A DNA stretch of 64,000 nt from Mobula hypostoma (lineage: Eukaryota), in contig NC_086097.1 in NCBI RefSeq assembly GCF_963921235.1, forward strand, positions 53,508,001 through 53,572,000. Direction: 5' to 3'. Position numbers and translations under genes: made by a program. Position 1 is the first letter of the stretch. Each line of letters opens with the position of its first letter. Shown here in pieces: positions 36,916 through 50,437 of this stretch. The notes beneath the pieces were generated by a model, which saw only the letters and a list, made by a program, of their open reading frames with translations, had not been told where the DNA came from and did no database searches.

Positions 36916-37308
36916 ACTTGCACAGTTTCAAGTTTGAGCATGCAAGTCTAGAAATTTGATCCATTGGCATCCTTTGATTCTGCAAAGAAAATTGCAGAAA
37001 AATTTAATGAACTGGCATTAGATTGCAGTAGCGATCACTTGATCACTTCTGGATGAAGGCATCCCAATAGGGATATTGGCACAGACACGTCAGTCATGCA
37101 TTTAAATACAGCACAGTTTGTGAGTAACCCATTTCCTCCTTCGTTGGAGATTTTGGTGCAAACTATGATCTATGTTGATTACTCACAGAACAATGATCTA
37201 CTCTGTTGTGTCTATATCTATTTAAAAGGACATTTTGTTGACATCAGAACACCTATCTAATAGCTCTAAACTTGCAGCACATTGCTCAAGCACCTTCCAA
37301 ATTTCATA
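36916..37308. other. Second unassigned hairpin-chain element
   Basis: At least eight short stem-loops in 36916-37150; imperfect inverted ends tctagaaatttg (36947) / caaatttcatac (37297). Confidence 0.4.
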
Positions 37309-37649
37309 CAGAATGCCTGAGCTAATGGAAAATACTTTCGTGTTATTGCATCACTTAGCTGCTGTAGTGCTCATTCATCAGATGTCCCACTGGTGTAGCA
37401 CTTTAGCAACAATCCACTCGGCTGAGGCGCAGCAGGATTTCCAGCAAACCTGCCACACCAGTTCAATTAGCAGAGTGACGGATAATGTTTTCCCGAATCA
37501 GGATGTATTTCAACAGTGCAACTATGTTTGGACTCATTTCTAACATTCAGTATAAACCAAGTGGTGCAAAGATCAACAATCATAACATTTTTCTAATAAT
37601 TTACAAACCTTAATGCTCTTTTCCATTTCACTGCATTTAAGGAGAATGA

Positions 37650-37800
37650 AAATCAATTGCAGATACTGAAAATCTGAAGTAAAAGTAGAAAATTCTGCAA
37701 ACACTTCTTAAGATGGATACTTAACTTGAAATATTAACCGCTTCTTTATCCACAGATGCTGCCTGACCTGCTGAGTAATCCCAGCATGTTATGTTTTTCT
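37650..37800. mobile_element. Old Penelope-derived fold-back remnant
   Basis: tgcagatactgaaaatctg ... cacagatgctgcctgacctgctgagt..ccagcat. Confidence 0.55.
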
Positions 37801-37811
37801 TTCACTTGCAT

Positions 37812-38094
37812 TACACGGTAAAACTCTAGTCATGCAGCCCACTCAAGAATTTGGTAGTGCCAGACTGGGAGATCTTCTAGTCAATTGGATGTTATTGCGA
37901 GGAAAACCCCACTTTTGTTACACAGCATTATAAAAAATCCTGTGAGCTTCAAGGCAACACAGGAACGAGGCAGTGTTGGAACCGGGGCTCTGTTGTGTTT
38001 CGATGGAATTCAGCAAACATCATCTTGTGTGCCAGATTCCTTGCAAATGGGATTTCTGTGTAGTCAGGTAGCAGATCATCAGAGTTTTACTATA
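37812..38094. mobile_element. Tigger/pogo-like MITE
   Basis: Inverted ends gtaaaactct (37818) / agagttttac (38081) in a TA context; internal hairpins. Confidence 0.6.
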
Positions 38095-38097
38095 TAT

Positions 38098-38563
38098 CAA
38101 AGATCAAAGTCCAAAAGTTCAAAGTAAATTTATTGTCAAAGCACATTTATACTACCCTGAGATTCGCTTTCTTGCAGGCATTCACAGTAGAACAAAGGTA
38201 CGTATAGAATAGAATCAATAGTAAACTAGACACAAAGACTGACGAACAACCAACGTGCAAGAGAAGACAAACTGCAAGTTGAAAAAAAGCAAATAACAAG
38301 TAAATTAATTAATTAAATAGTACTGAGAAGATGAGTTGTAGAGTCCTTGAGAGTGAGTCCATAGATTGTGGAATTAGTTCAATGTTGAGGTTGGTACAGT
38401 TATCCGTGCCAGTTCAGGCAGCTAATGTTTGAAGGGTAATAACTGTTACTGAACCTGGTGGTGTGGGACCTGCACCTCCTTCACAATGGCAGCAGGGAGA
38501 AGGGAGCATGCAGGGGGGTGTCCTTGATGATGGATGCTGAATTCCTGTGGCAACATTCCATGT
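38098..38563 (-). mobile_element. Rex1-type 3' fragment
   Basis: (ttcaaag) tail, tttatt, and aactgttactgaacctggtggtgtggg (RFSNS..P) remnant. Confidence 0.75.
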
Positions 38564-38599
38564 ATAATAATTTCAAAGTTGTAGTTTTCCATCAGTGCA

Positions 38600-40080
38600 G
38601 CTGTACGGCTGCATTAGAGCTGTTTGAAAGCTTCTCGCATTTAGAGTCCATGCAGATGGGTTGACCTCAGACAACTGCTTGGGGACAATTGAAGGGGCAG
38701 TTTGGTGAGAGTATGCTGCTTGGATGGTTCTGCTGGGAGGTTACCTGGTGCTGTGTAAATGATCTGAAACTGCATACCAGGCACTCTCTTGTTAGATTGG
38801 GTAGACTATGGTGCAGTGCATGCAGGCTGACTCTCAGAATGTTCCACAATTGTTTCAATTTCCAGAATGGAAATTTAACTGCTGATAGACCTTGAATCAG
38901 AGGTGTATGGTGTCTATTGTTTATACTCTTCTTCATGTCTATACTCTGTATAAATCTGAACAACAATCTGATCATAATGAAGAAAAGTCTGAGTAAGGGG
39001 TGCATGCATCTGCATTTGTATTAGGGAAATAAGTTTCATGTTATATTTTTCTGTTCACATAGAACGGCAGTCTTCTCCCGGGCAATATCTCTTTACATGT
39101 GCAAAACAGCTATCTGCTGACACATATCATCTCTTCTTGGGTAGAATCCCTGTGCCTAATATTAAACATCAGGTGCTCTTGAATGACATTTCTCCACTCA
39201 ATGAAGAGCAGCTGCTCAGCTGGATCAAGGTGAGACTGCATAAAAGCAGAGATATCTTGTGTGGCCTCCAGAGCCGCCGTGAGGGTCTGTCACTATTACC
39301 CAGCAAAGAACCAATCCATGGTTTAGATTATGATTATGATCTTCTAGCTACACAGCTTAATCTTGGAAGTAGATTCCTCGAGGCCTCTTTCTCCTCCATT
39401 CAATGGTGCAAGTTAGGTAGCTCAGTAACTTTCATAACAGCCTTGTTATAGTGACCAAGTTGTGGTCCTCCTGCTAAGCTCATGGAGCAATAGGTATTTT
39501 ATGGGCACCCACTCCAGTGAATGTCTGCACCAAGTTCTTGATGAATAATGCCAGACTGCACTCTACTCAGGCTTGATGTAACCCTGTGAAACAAACTCCC
39601 CTCTAATTTAATTAACTCATTCTCCATGGTGACAGTTTCTGGTGTGATGCTTTGTGGTATCAGCAGCCATGAGGCCCTGTGGTCTTCCCCAGCTCTTTCT
39701 TCTTCCAGCGGCCCCTCATACACCTTCCCACTTCCTGGTGCTCTGCAAAGATACAACATAAGATTGCAGGCCTTCTGGCTGGTAACCAAAGCACTTTTAT
39801 GCCAATGCAGAACCATAAATGGTTTAAAGAAGGAGGCCCAGTGTCCTTGGGCAGTGAGAAAAAAGCAACAAATATGTCCTTGCCAATATCACATATATTT
39901 TGAGAAGATGATCATAAAGTACCCAGTGGGTAAAGACAAAAGCTTAGATCAGCGGAACTTCTTGTTAGATGGTCTCTGGGTACCATATGGCCATATATGC
40001 ATTTTTGGAGGGGTTGAACTGAATATTAGCAAAGTGAAAAGTGGCAAACACTGGAAAACCCCACATAAAATATGACTGGG
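38600..40080 (+). mobile_element. Ancient L1/Tx1-like LINE ORF2 remnant
   Basis: Collinear weak motifs DGLT, NL..I, RQ.SP..YLF, LNDI (YADD position), IKVRL...LSL, FWLV..AL...GL...AQCP, FLLDGL. Confidence 0.4.
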
Positions 40081-40727
40081 TAGAACCTTGTGTCATTCAG
40101 CTTGTAGTAGTGACTTTTCAACAACAGTGCCACTTAGATGATTCAGCTAATGCTCCCTCCTAACTGTGGCTGAAAAAGCACACAGCGGTAGAAAGGGTAG
40201 ACAGTCCACTTTAAATGTTAAAGTCGGTTACCTACTACTTCCAGGTTAGTTGCTGGCTGATTTCTTCTGGTCTCAGTTCTAATTATGATAATTGTGCTTT
40301 CAATGGAATTTGCAAAATTCACAGGGGGAGTTGAGTAACAGATGATGAAAGATTCCTTGCTGAATTCTGGCTTCTGCACAAAGCATTTGCTTCCAAACAT
40401 CAATGCATGAATAAGCAAGCTCTTTCCTCTACAGCACAGCTGAGAGAATGAACGGAGAGCAGATGGAACAAGAAAGACTGTTAGAACAGAGAAGGTAAGG
40501 AATGGGAGAAAGACTCTCACTCATTTCACAATGCCTATGGAGGAAGTTTTGAAACCTTAAAGTCATTGAGGGACAAGTATTAAGACTCTTAACCTTTCAT
40601 GAGGGTGTCCTCACAAATCTAACATCCATAGCTGCCATTAACACAAAGGAGGGCAAGAACCACAATATTTAGGGATGGACCACAAAACCATTGCACTGAA
40701 CATTAAGAGCCTACCTGTTTCCATCTG

Positions 40728-43700
40728 GAACATAGAACATAGAACATAGAATAGTACAGCACAGTACAGGCCCTTCGGCCCACAATGTTGTGCCGACCTT
40801 CAAACCCTGCCTCCCATATAACCCCCCACCTTAAATTCCTCCATATACCTGTCTAGTAGTCTCTTAAATTTCACTAGTGTATCTGCCTCCACCACTGACT
40901 CAGGCAGTGCATTCCACGCACCAACCACTCTCTGAGTAAAAATCCTTCCTCTAATATCCCCCTTGAACTTCCCACCCCTTACCTTAAAGCCATGTCCTCT
41001 TGTACTGAGTAGTGGTGCCCTGGGGAAGAGGCGCTGGCTGTCCACTCTATCTATTCATCTTAATATCTTGTATACCTCTATCATGTCTCCTCTCATCCTC
41101 CTTCTCTCCAAAGAGTAAAGTCTTTGCTCGCTTAATCTCTGATCATAATTCATACTCTCTAAACCAGGCAGCATCCTGGTAAATCTCCTCTGTACCCTTT
41201 CCAATGCTTCCAACATCCTTCCTATAGTGTGGCGACCAGAATGGGACACAGTACTCCAAGTGTGGCCTAACCAGAATTTTATAGAGCTGCATCATTACAT
41301 CGCGACTCTTAAACACTATCCCTCGACTCATGAAAGCTAACATCCCATAAGCTTTCTTAACTACCCTATCTACCTGTAAGGCAACTTTCAGGGATCTGTG
41401 GACATGTACCCCCAGATCCCTCTGCTCCTCCATACTACCAACTATCCTGCCATTTACTTTGTACTCTGCCTTGGAGTTTGTCCTTCCAAAGTGTACCACC
41501 TCACACTTCTCCAGGGTGAACTCCATCTGCCACTTCTCAGCCCACTTCTGCATCCTACCAATGTCTCTCTGCAATCTTCAACAATCCTCACACTATCTAC
41601 AACACCACCAACCTTTGTGTCATCTGCAAACTTGCCAACCCACCCTTCTACCCCCACATCCAGGTCGTTAATAAAAATCACGAAAAGTAGAGGTCCCAGA
41701 ACCGATCCTTGTGGGACACCACTAGTCACAACCCTCCAATCCGAATGTATTCCCTCCACCACGACCCTCTGCCTTCTGCAGGCAAGCTAATTCTGAATCC
41801 ACCTGGCCAAACTTCCCAGGATCCCATGCCTTCTGACTTTCTGAATAAGCCTACCATGTGGAACCTTGTCAAAAGCCTTACTAAAATCCATATAGATCAC
41901 ATCCACTGCACTCCCCTCATCTATATGCTTGGTCACCTCCTCAAAGAACTCTATCAGGCTTGCTAGACACGATCTGCCCTTCACAAAGCCATACTGATTG
42001 TCCCTGATCAGACCATGATACTCTAAATGGCCATAGATCCCATCTCTAAGAATCTTTTCCAACAGCTTTCCCACCACAGGTGTAAGGCTCACTGGTCTAT
42101 AATTACCCGGACTATCCCCACTACCTTTTTTGAACAAGGGGACAACGTTCGCCTCCCTCCCATCCTCCGGTACCATTCCCATAGACAACAAGGACATAAA
42201 GATCCTAGCCAGAGGCTCAGCAATCTCTTCCCTCGCCTCGTGGAGCAGCCTGGGGAATATTCTGCCGGGGACTTATCCATCCTAATGTATTTTAACAACT
42301 CCAACACCTCCTCTCCCTTAGTATCAACATGCTCCAGAACATCAACCTCTTTCATATTGTCCTCACTGTCATCAAGTTCCCTCTCATTGGTGAATACCGA
42401 AGAGAAGTATCATTGAGGACCTCGCTCACCTCCACAGCCTCCAGGCACATCTTCCCACCTTTATCTCTAATCAGGTCTACCTTCACTTCTGTCATCCTTT
42501 TGTTCTTCACATAACTGAAGAATGCCTTGAGGTTTTCCTTTACCCTACTCGCCAAGGCCTTCTCATGCCCCCTTCTTGCTCTTCTCAGCCCCTTCTTTAG
42601 CTCCTTTCTTGCTACCCTATATTCCTCAATAGACCCATCTGATCCTTGCTTCCTAAACCTCATGTATGCTACCTTCTTCCACCTGGCTAGATTTTCCACC
42701 TCACTTGTCACCCATGGTTCCTTCACCCTACCATTCTTTATCTTCCTCACCGGGACAAATTTATCCTTAACATCCTGCAAGAGATCTCTAAACATTGACC
42801 ACATGTCCATAGTACATTTCCCTGCAAAATCATCATCCCAATTCACACCCGCAAGTTCTAGCCTTATAGCCTCATAATTTGCCCTTCCCCAATTAAAAAT
42901 TTTCCTGTCCTCTCCGATTCTATCCTTTTTCATGATAATGCTGAAGGCCAGGGAGTGGTGGTCACTGTCCCCCAGATGCTCACCCACTGAGAGATCTGTG
43001 ACCTGACCCCGTTCGTTACCTAATACTAGATCCAGTATGGCATTCCCCCTAGTCGGCCTGTCAACATACTGTGACAGTAATCCGTCCTGGACACACTTAA
43101 CAAACTCTGCCCTGTCCAAATCCTTGGAACTAATCAGGTGCCAATCAATATTGGGGAAGTTAAAGTCACCCATGATAACAACCCTGTTATTTTAACACCT
43201 TTCCAAAATCTGCCTCCCAATCTGCTCCTCTGTATCTCTGCTGCTACCAGGGGGCCTATAGAATACCCCCAATAGAGTAACTGCTCCCTTCCTGTTCCTG
43301 ACTTCCACCCATACTGATTCAAAAGTATGCTACATTATCCACCCTTTCTGTAGCTGTAATTGTATCCCTGACCAGTAATGCCACCCATCCTCCCCTTTTC
43401 CCCCCTCTATATCCCTTTTAAAGCACTGAAATCCAGGAATATTGAGAATCCATTCCTGCCCTGGTGCCAGCCAAGTCTCTGTAACAGCCACTACATCATA
43501 ATTCCATGTACGTATCCAAACTCTCAGTTCATTACCTTTGTTCCTGATGCTTCTTGCATTGAAGTACATGCACTTTAGCCCTTCTACCTTCCTACTTTTA
43601 CACCCTGTATTCTGCTTCTCTTTCCTCAAAGCCTCTCTATATGTTAGATCTGGCTTTACTCCATGCACTTCTTTCACTGCTCTATCGCTCCGGGTCCCAT

Positions 43701-43961
43701 CCCCCTTGCAAATTAGTTTAAACCCTTCCAAACCATGCTAGCAAACCTACCTGCAAGGATATTTCTCCTCCTCGAGTTCAGGTGCAACCCATCCAATCTG
43801 TACAGGTCCCACCTTCCCCAGAAGAGGTGCCAATGATCCAAAAATCTAAAACCCTGCTCCCTGCACCAACTCCTCAGCCACGCATTCAACTGCCATCTCC
43901 TCCAATTCTTACCATCACTATCACGTAGCAGTGGCAGCAATCCTGAGAATGGCACCCTTGA
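40728..43961 (-). mobile_element. Relatively young CR1 LINE: ORF1 esterase C-terminus plus near-complete ORF2 (APE endonuclease and RT)
   Basis: LNAWLRSWC..QGFRFLDHW...DGLHLN (SGNH esterase); [35 protein letters not shown]; (atgttct)n tail; few frameshifts. Confidence 0.97.
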
Positions 43962-43964
43962 GAT

Positions 43965-44462
43965 TGCAAATGTGAAAAGAACCTGATAGAAGTTGTATAC
44001 AGTCCTCTGAACAGCAGGCAGGATGTTGGGTACAAATTACAATGGGAGATAAGAAAGACATGTAGAAAGGGCAATGATATAATAGTCATGGGAGATTTCA
44101 ATATGCAGGTAGGTTGGGTAATTAGATTGGTGCTGGATACCAAAAGGAATGCTTAAGAGATGATTTTGTAGAGCAGCTTGCTGTTGAACCTATTAGGGAA
44201 AGGCAATTATGGATTGAGTGTTGTGTAATGAACCGGATTTGTTTAGGGAGCTTAAGTTAAAGGAGCCCTTAGGAAACAGTGATCATAATATGATAGAATT
44301 CACCCTGCAGTTTGGGAGGGAGAAGCTAAAATCAGATATATCAGTATTACCTTGGAGTGAAAGGAATTACAGAGACATGAGAGAGAAGCTGACCAAAGTT
44401 GATTGGAAGGCGGCACTTGCAGAACAGCAATGGCTGGAGTTTCTGGGAGCAATCTGGAAAAA
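43965..44462 (+). mobile_element. CR1 endonuclease fragment
   Basis: VMGDFNM, KEPLGNSDHNMIEFTLQF. Confidence 0.85.
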
Positions 44463-44469
44463 ATAGAAT

Positions 44470-45560
44470 GGATCAAGATTGCTTAATATCATTTCCTGTA
44501 AAAAACAAGTGTAAGGAGATCAAAATAATTGTTATTCTGGATCCAATACAACACAAAAAACCCACAAAAGATAAATACCACAATAACACTACTAATAATA
44601 AAAAACACAGTAAGTATAAATACATAAGATAGCTTATATACACAGACTGATTGTATGTCCATAAAGTGGAGTTAGGCTGTACATAAAGGTGAATGACAGG
44701 AAGTAACAGAGTGGAGGTAAAGTACTGGAAGGGTTGGTACCAGACCTGGTACTATTCGATTAGCTCTCTGTAGGCTGTCTCGTCATTGTTGGTTATGAGC
44801 CCCACTACTGCCGTGTCATTGGCAAAATTGATGATGTGACCACTTGGGTGATTGGTCATGCAGTCATGTGTGAGCAGAGTACAGCGATGGGCTCAGCACA
44901 CTGCCCTGGGGGGCACAGTTGATGAGGATGATGTGCATCCCGAGTATCTGAGGTCTGTTGGTTGGTAACTGTTCATCAAAGTCTGTGGGACAATAGTGTT
45001 GAATGCCAAACTGAAAGCCAGAAACAGCATTCTGACATACAACAAGAGTCCTTGTTTTCTCAGTGTGTCTGGACCAGGTTCTATGGCATCTATCGTAGAG
45101 CAGTTCTGTCGGTAAGCATATTTTTTGATATGTGCCATTATCAGCCAGTCAAAGCACTCCTTGATGATTGACGTCAGTGCCACTGGAATTGGTCACTTAT
45201 TTCTGAAAGAGTAGAGTTCTTTGCATGGAGACGATGGTAGCTGATTTGAAGCACGAGGGGACAGGAACCTGGATGAGTGAAGTGTTGAAGACGTCTGTGA
45301 AGATATTAGTAAGCTGGTGTGCACACTCTGTGAGTACTTAACCTCGAATGTTGTCTGGCCCAGCCGCCTTACAGGAGTTGACTGTCTGCAGAGTTCTTCT
45401 CACTTCTCTGCTGCCTGCACACATGGGAGGAGTTAGCTTTGTGGCTGGTGTTGCATGCCTCGAAGCATGCAAATAATTTGTTTAGACCATCAGAGAGGTA
45501 GGAAGGTGTCAGTGGTACAGTTAATGCTGTTTTTCCTTGTATAGACAGTAATGCCCAGCC
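44470..45560 (-). mobile_element. Decayed Rex1/Babar LINE
   Basis: ALTSIIKECF, AYRQN.ST.DAI, YVRMLF..FS.AFNTIVP; 3' tail at 44470. Confidence 0.75.
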
Positions 45561-45629
45561 ACAGAAATCTCAAAGAAATATTCTAAAGGGAGGATGAGGA
45601 ACCCTTGGCTAACAAGAGAGTTCCTAAGA

Positions 45630-47140
45630 CCTTAAGCCATAGGAGCAGAATTAAGCCATTCGGCCCATCAAGACCTCCCTGGCATTCCATTATGGCTGAT
45701 TTATCTCAACCCCATTCCCTTGCCTTCTCTCTGTAATATTTGACATGCTGACTGAACTAATCAAAAACATATCAACTTCCACTTTAAACATACTCAAAGA
45801 CTCGGCATCGACAGCCATTCGTGGCAATGAATTCCACAGATTCACTATCCTCTGGCTACAGAAATTCCTCCTCATCTCTGTTCTAATGGACACCTCTCCA
45901 TTCTGAGGCTGCGCCCTCTGGTCTTTCACTCACCCACTATAGGAAACATCCTCGTAATATTCACTCTATTTAGGCCTTCAGTATTTGATAGATTTCAGTG
46001 AGATCAACCCCCATTCTTCTAAAGACCAACAAATACAGGCCCAGAGCCATCAAACTCTCCTCATACATTAACCCTTTCATTCTTGGAATCATTCTCATCA
46101 ACTTCCTCTGGAACCCCTCCAATGCCAGCACATATTTTCTTAGATAGGGTCCCAAAACAGCTCATAATACTCTAAGTTTGGTCTGACCAATGCCTTCTAA
46201 AGCCCCAGCATTGCTTCATTGCTCTTATATTCTAGACCTCTCAAAATGAATGCTAAAATTGCATTTACCTTCTTTACTCCCCTGCAAATTAATCCGAAGG
46301 GAATCCTGATCAAGGACTCCCAAGTCACTATACACATTTGATGTTTGAATTTTCTCCCTGTACAGAAATATCCTATGCTTTTATTCCTTCCACCAAAGTG
46401 CATGACCACGCACTTCCCTACACTATATTCTATCTGTCACTCCTTTGCCCATTCTCCCAATCCATTTGAGTCCTTCTGTAGATGCCCTGCTTCTTCAGCA
46501 ATACCTACCCTCCAGCCTATCTTTGTTACATCACAAACTTGGCCACAAAGGTAACAATTCCATCATCCAAGTCATTGACATATCACACGAAAAATTGGTC
46601 CCAGTACCAACCAGTGCGGACCATCACTGGTCACCAGCAGCCAACCAGAAAAGGCCCTCTTTATTCCCATTCTTTGCCTCCTGCCATTCAGCCAATCTTC
46701 TGTCGATGCTAGTATCTTTCCTGTAATACCGTGGACTCTTATCTTTTCTGGTCCTAGACTCCTCCCCTATAGGAAACATCCTGTCCACATCCATTCTATC
46801 CCAATCTTTAATAATCACTAGGATTCAAAGAGATCCTCTCTCATTCTTCTAAACTCCAGTGTGTAGAGGCCCAGTGCCATCAAACCCTCCTCATATATTA
46901 ACCCTTCCTTTCCTGGAATAATTCTCATGAACCTCCTCTGGACCCTCTCTAATGCCAGTACATCATTTCTTAGATAAGGAGCCCAAAACTGCTCACAATA
47001 CTCCAATATGATCAATGCCTTTTAAAGCTTCAGCAATGTATCCTTGCCTTTGTATTCTAGTCCTCTTGAAATGAATGCTGACATTGCATTTGCCTTTCTT
47101 ATCTCTGACTCAACCTACATGTTAACCTTTAGGGAATCCT
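45630..47140 (-). mobile_element. Tandem CR1 3' fragments
   Basis: Two copies of W.PYLR.DVLALERVQR...MALGLY; 3' UTR at 45630. Confidence 0.85.
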
Positions 47141-49980
47141 GCAAGAGGGGGGCAACCAGAGGTTGTGTTCCATATTGGTATGAATGACAGACAGGAAGCG
47201 TGAGTTCAAGAACTTAGGTAATAAACTAAAAGTCGGGACCTCCAGGATGGTGATCTTGGAATTACCACCTATTGCATGTGCTATTAGGACAAGAAATAGG
47301 AAGATAATACAGTTTAACACATAACTAATGAAATGGTGCAGGAGGGAAAGCTTCAGATTTTTGGATCATTGGCTCTCTTCCAGGGAAGGGGAAACCTGTA
47401 AAATTGGAACACTTTGCATCTGAACTGGAGGGAAATCCAATATTTTTGTGGGAAAGTTTGATAATGCTGCTTTGAGGGTTTTAAACTAGGCTTGCAGGAG
47501 AATGGGATCTAGAGTGCCAGGGAAGATAGCGGAGTGGTGGTGAGGAAAGAATTGGTTAAAGCTGCATACAAAGACAGGAATCAAAAGGTTGACCTTGGTG
47601 GGAATAATGTTCTGAGTTGCATTCATTTCAATGCAAGGAGTATTGTAGGAAAGATGGATGAACTGAGAGCATGGTTCAGCATGACATTGCAGCCATTAGT
47701 GTGACTTGCTCGCAGGAGGGAAGGACATCATTGAGGGAGAGGCGTGGCTTTACTCATCATGGAGAAGGTCACAGCAGTGCTCTGACAGGGTAGACAGGAG
47801 CATTTGTCTACTGAGGCTCTGTGGGTATGACAGAGGAACAAGAAAAGGATTACCTTGTTAAAGGGATTAAATTATAGATCCTCGTATAGATAGCAGGATT
47901 TGCTGATGATACAACCATTGTTGGTAGAATCTCAGGTGGTGACGAGAGGGCGTACAAGAGTGAGATATGCCAACTAGTGGAGTGGTGCCACAGTAACAAC
48001 CTGGCACTCAACATCAGTAAGACAAAAGACCTGATTGTGAACTTCAGGAAGGGTAAGACGAAGGAACACATACCAATCCTCATAGAGGGATCAGAAGTGG
48101 AGAGAGTGAGCATCTTCAAGTTCCTCGGTGTCAAGATCTCTGAGGATCTAACCTGGTGCCAACATATTGATGTAGTTATAAAGAAGGCAAGACAGCGGCT
48201 ATACTTTTTTTTAGGAGTTTGAAGAGATTTGGCATGTAAACAAATACACTCAAAAACTTCTATAGTTGTACCATGGACAGCATTCTGACAGGCTGCATCA
48301 CTGTCTGGTATGGAGGGGCTACTGCACAGGACAAAAGAAGCTGCAGAAGGTTGTAAGTCTAGTCAGCTCCATCTTGGGTACTAGCCTACAAAGTACCCAG
48401 GACATCTTCAGGGAGCGGTGTCTCAGAAAGGCAGCATCCATTATTAAGGACCCCCAGCACCCAGGGCATGCCCTTTTCTCACTGTCAGGTAGGAGGTACA
48501 GAAGCCTGAAGGCATACATTCAGTGATTCAGGAACAGCTTCTTCCCCTCTGCCATCCGATCCCTAAATGGACATTGAATCTTTGGGCACTACCTCACTTT
48601 TTAAAAAATATACATACAGTATTTCTGTTTTTGCATGGTTTTTTATAAATTTACTCCATATACGTAATTGATTTATTTGTTTATTTATTATTATTACTTT
48701 TTCTATGCTAGATATAGATGTCCCAACTAGAGAAAGAGTGATACTGGATCTCCTATGAGGAAACAAGTCAGGGCAGGTGACAGAAATATGAGAAGGGGAG
48801 TACTTTAGATCTAGTGATTATCATTCAAATAGTTATAGAGATATAGGGGTCTTCAGGTTGAAATTCTAAATTGAAGGAAGGCCAATTTCGATGACATCAG
48901 AAAAGATATGGCAGGTGTGGATTGGGAAAGACTGTCTTCCTGCAAATGGTAAGTGGGAGTCTTCAGAGGGGCAGTACCGAGAGTGCAGAGTTTGTATGTT
49001 CCTGTTAAAATAAAAGGCATGGTTAACGGATTTAGGAAACCTTGCTTTTCAAGGGATTTTGAGACCTGGTTACATAAAAGAGGTGCAGAACAGATATAGG
49101 CAACAAGAAACAATTGAGATACTTGAGAAGTACAAGAAATGCAAGAAAATACTTAAGAGGGAAATCATAAAAGAAGCTATGACATTGGTCTAGCAGACAA
49201 GGTGAAGGAGAATCCCAAGGGGTTCTATAGAGATGTGGGAGATCTTGGATTGATGTTTCTGCATCTGTAGTTACTCAAGGTACGTACAGAGAGTTTATAA
49301 AAGTCAGGCAAAACAGTACTGAAGTCATACACCACATCCTGATTACCGAACAGGAGGTGTTTTCTGTCTTGAGGCAAATTAGGGTGGATAAGTTCAGGGC
49401 CTGATGAGGTGTCCCCTTGACCTTGTGGGAGGGTAGTGCAGAAATTGCAGGGGCTCTGGTAGAGGTATGGAAAATGTCCTTAGCCACGAGTGAGATACCA
49501 AAGGATTAGAGGATAGCTCATGTTGTTCAGTTGTTCAAGAAAGGCTCCAAGTGTGAGTTGTGAAATTAAAGGCCGGTAAGTCTGATACCAGTATTGAGTA
49601 AGTTATTGGAAATTATTCTAGGGGCAGGATATATAAGTATTTGGATAGACGGGATATTATGAGGGTAGTCACATTGCTTTGTGCATGATAGATCGTGTTT
49701 AACCAATCTTCCAGCATTTTTCCAACGAGGTAGTGAGGAAGGTTGATGAAAGAAAGGCAATGGATTGTGTCCATGTGAACTTTAGTGAAGTACCTCATGG
49801 GTGGTTAGTCCAGAAGGTTCAGTTGTTTGTCATTCAGAATGAAGTAGTAAATTTGATTCAACATTGGCTTAACAGGAGCAGCCAGAGAGTGGTAGTTGCC
49901 TCTCTGACCGGAGGCCTACGACTAGTGGTGTTCCTCAGGGATTGGTGCTGGGTCCATTGTTGTTTGTCATCTATATTACA
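47140..49980 (+). mobile_element. Decayed CR1 (ORF1 esterase, endonuclease, RT) interrupted by Rex1 at 47893-48710
   Basis: GF.FLDHW..LHLNW, HFNARSI, VKENPKGFY, PKD.RIAHVV.LFKKG, GVPQG.VLGP remnants. Confidence 0.8.
47893..48710 (+). mobile_element. Rex1/Babar LINE, 5'-truncated
   Basis: FADDTTIVG, WCHSNNLALNISKTK, KKARQRLYF, ASIIKDP.HPGH. Confidence 0.9.
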
Positions 49981-50437
49981 AGATTGTTTAATGTGATTTC
50001 CAGTACTCAAGTGTAAAGGAGAATGAAATAATTGTTGATCAATGCAGCACAAAAAATACCCAATTAGATGAAGGAAACAATAATAAACACAATAAGTATA
50101 AATACATAAGATAGCCTACGTACATAGATTGATTGTATGTACATAAAGTGATGCTTGGTACAGGAGTAACTGTATATAAGGTGACTGATAGGAAATGATA
50201 AAGTCCTAGTGATGGGATGCATCAGTGGGTGGGGATGTTGATCTGCCTTACTGCTTGAGGAAAGGAACTGCTTTTGAGGCTGCTATCTCTGGCATTGATG
50301 CTATGTAGCCTTCTCCCTCATGGGAGTGGGGACAAACAGTCCTTGAATAAGGTGTGTGGGATCTTTCATGATGTTCATGGCCTTTTTCCAGCATCTTTCT
50401 GTATACATGCCTTTGATGGTGGTTAAGCTGCATTGGG

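Noticed and set aside
40435..40494. 60-nt frame-preserving micro-exon candidate (TAERMNGEQMEQERLLEQR) with good splice signals
   Set aside because: Isolated, no recognisable product; cannot be supported without RNA data.
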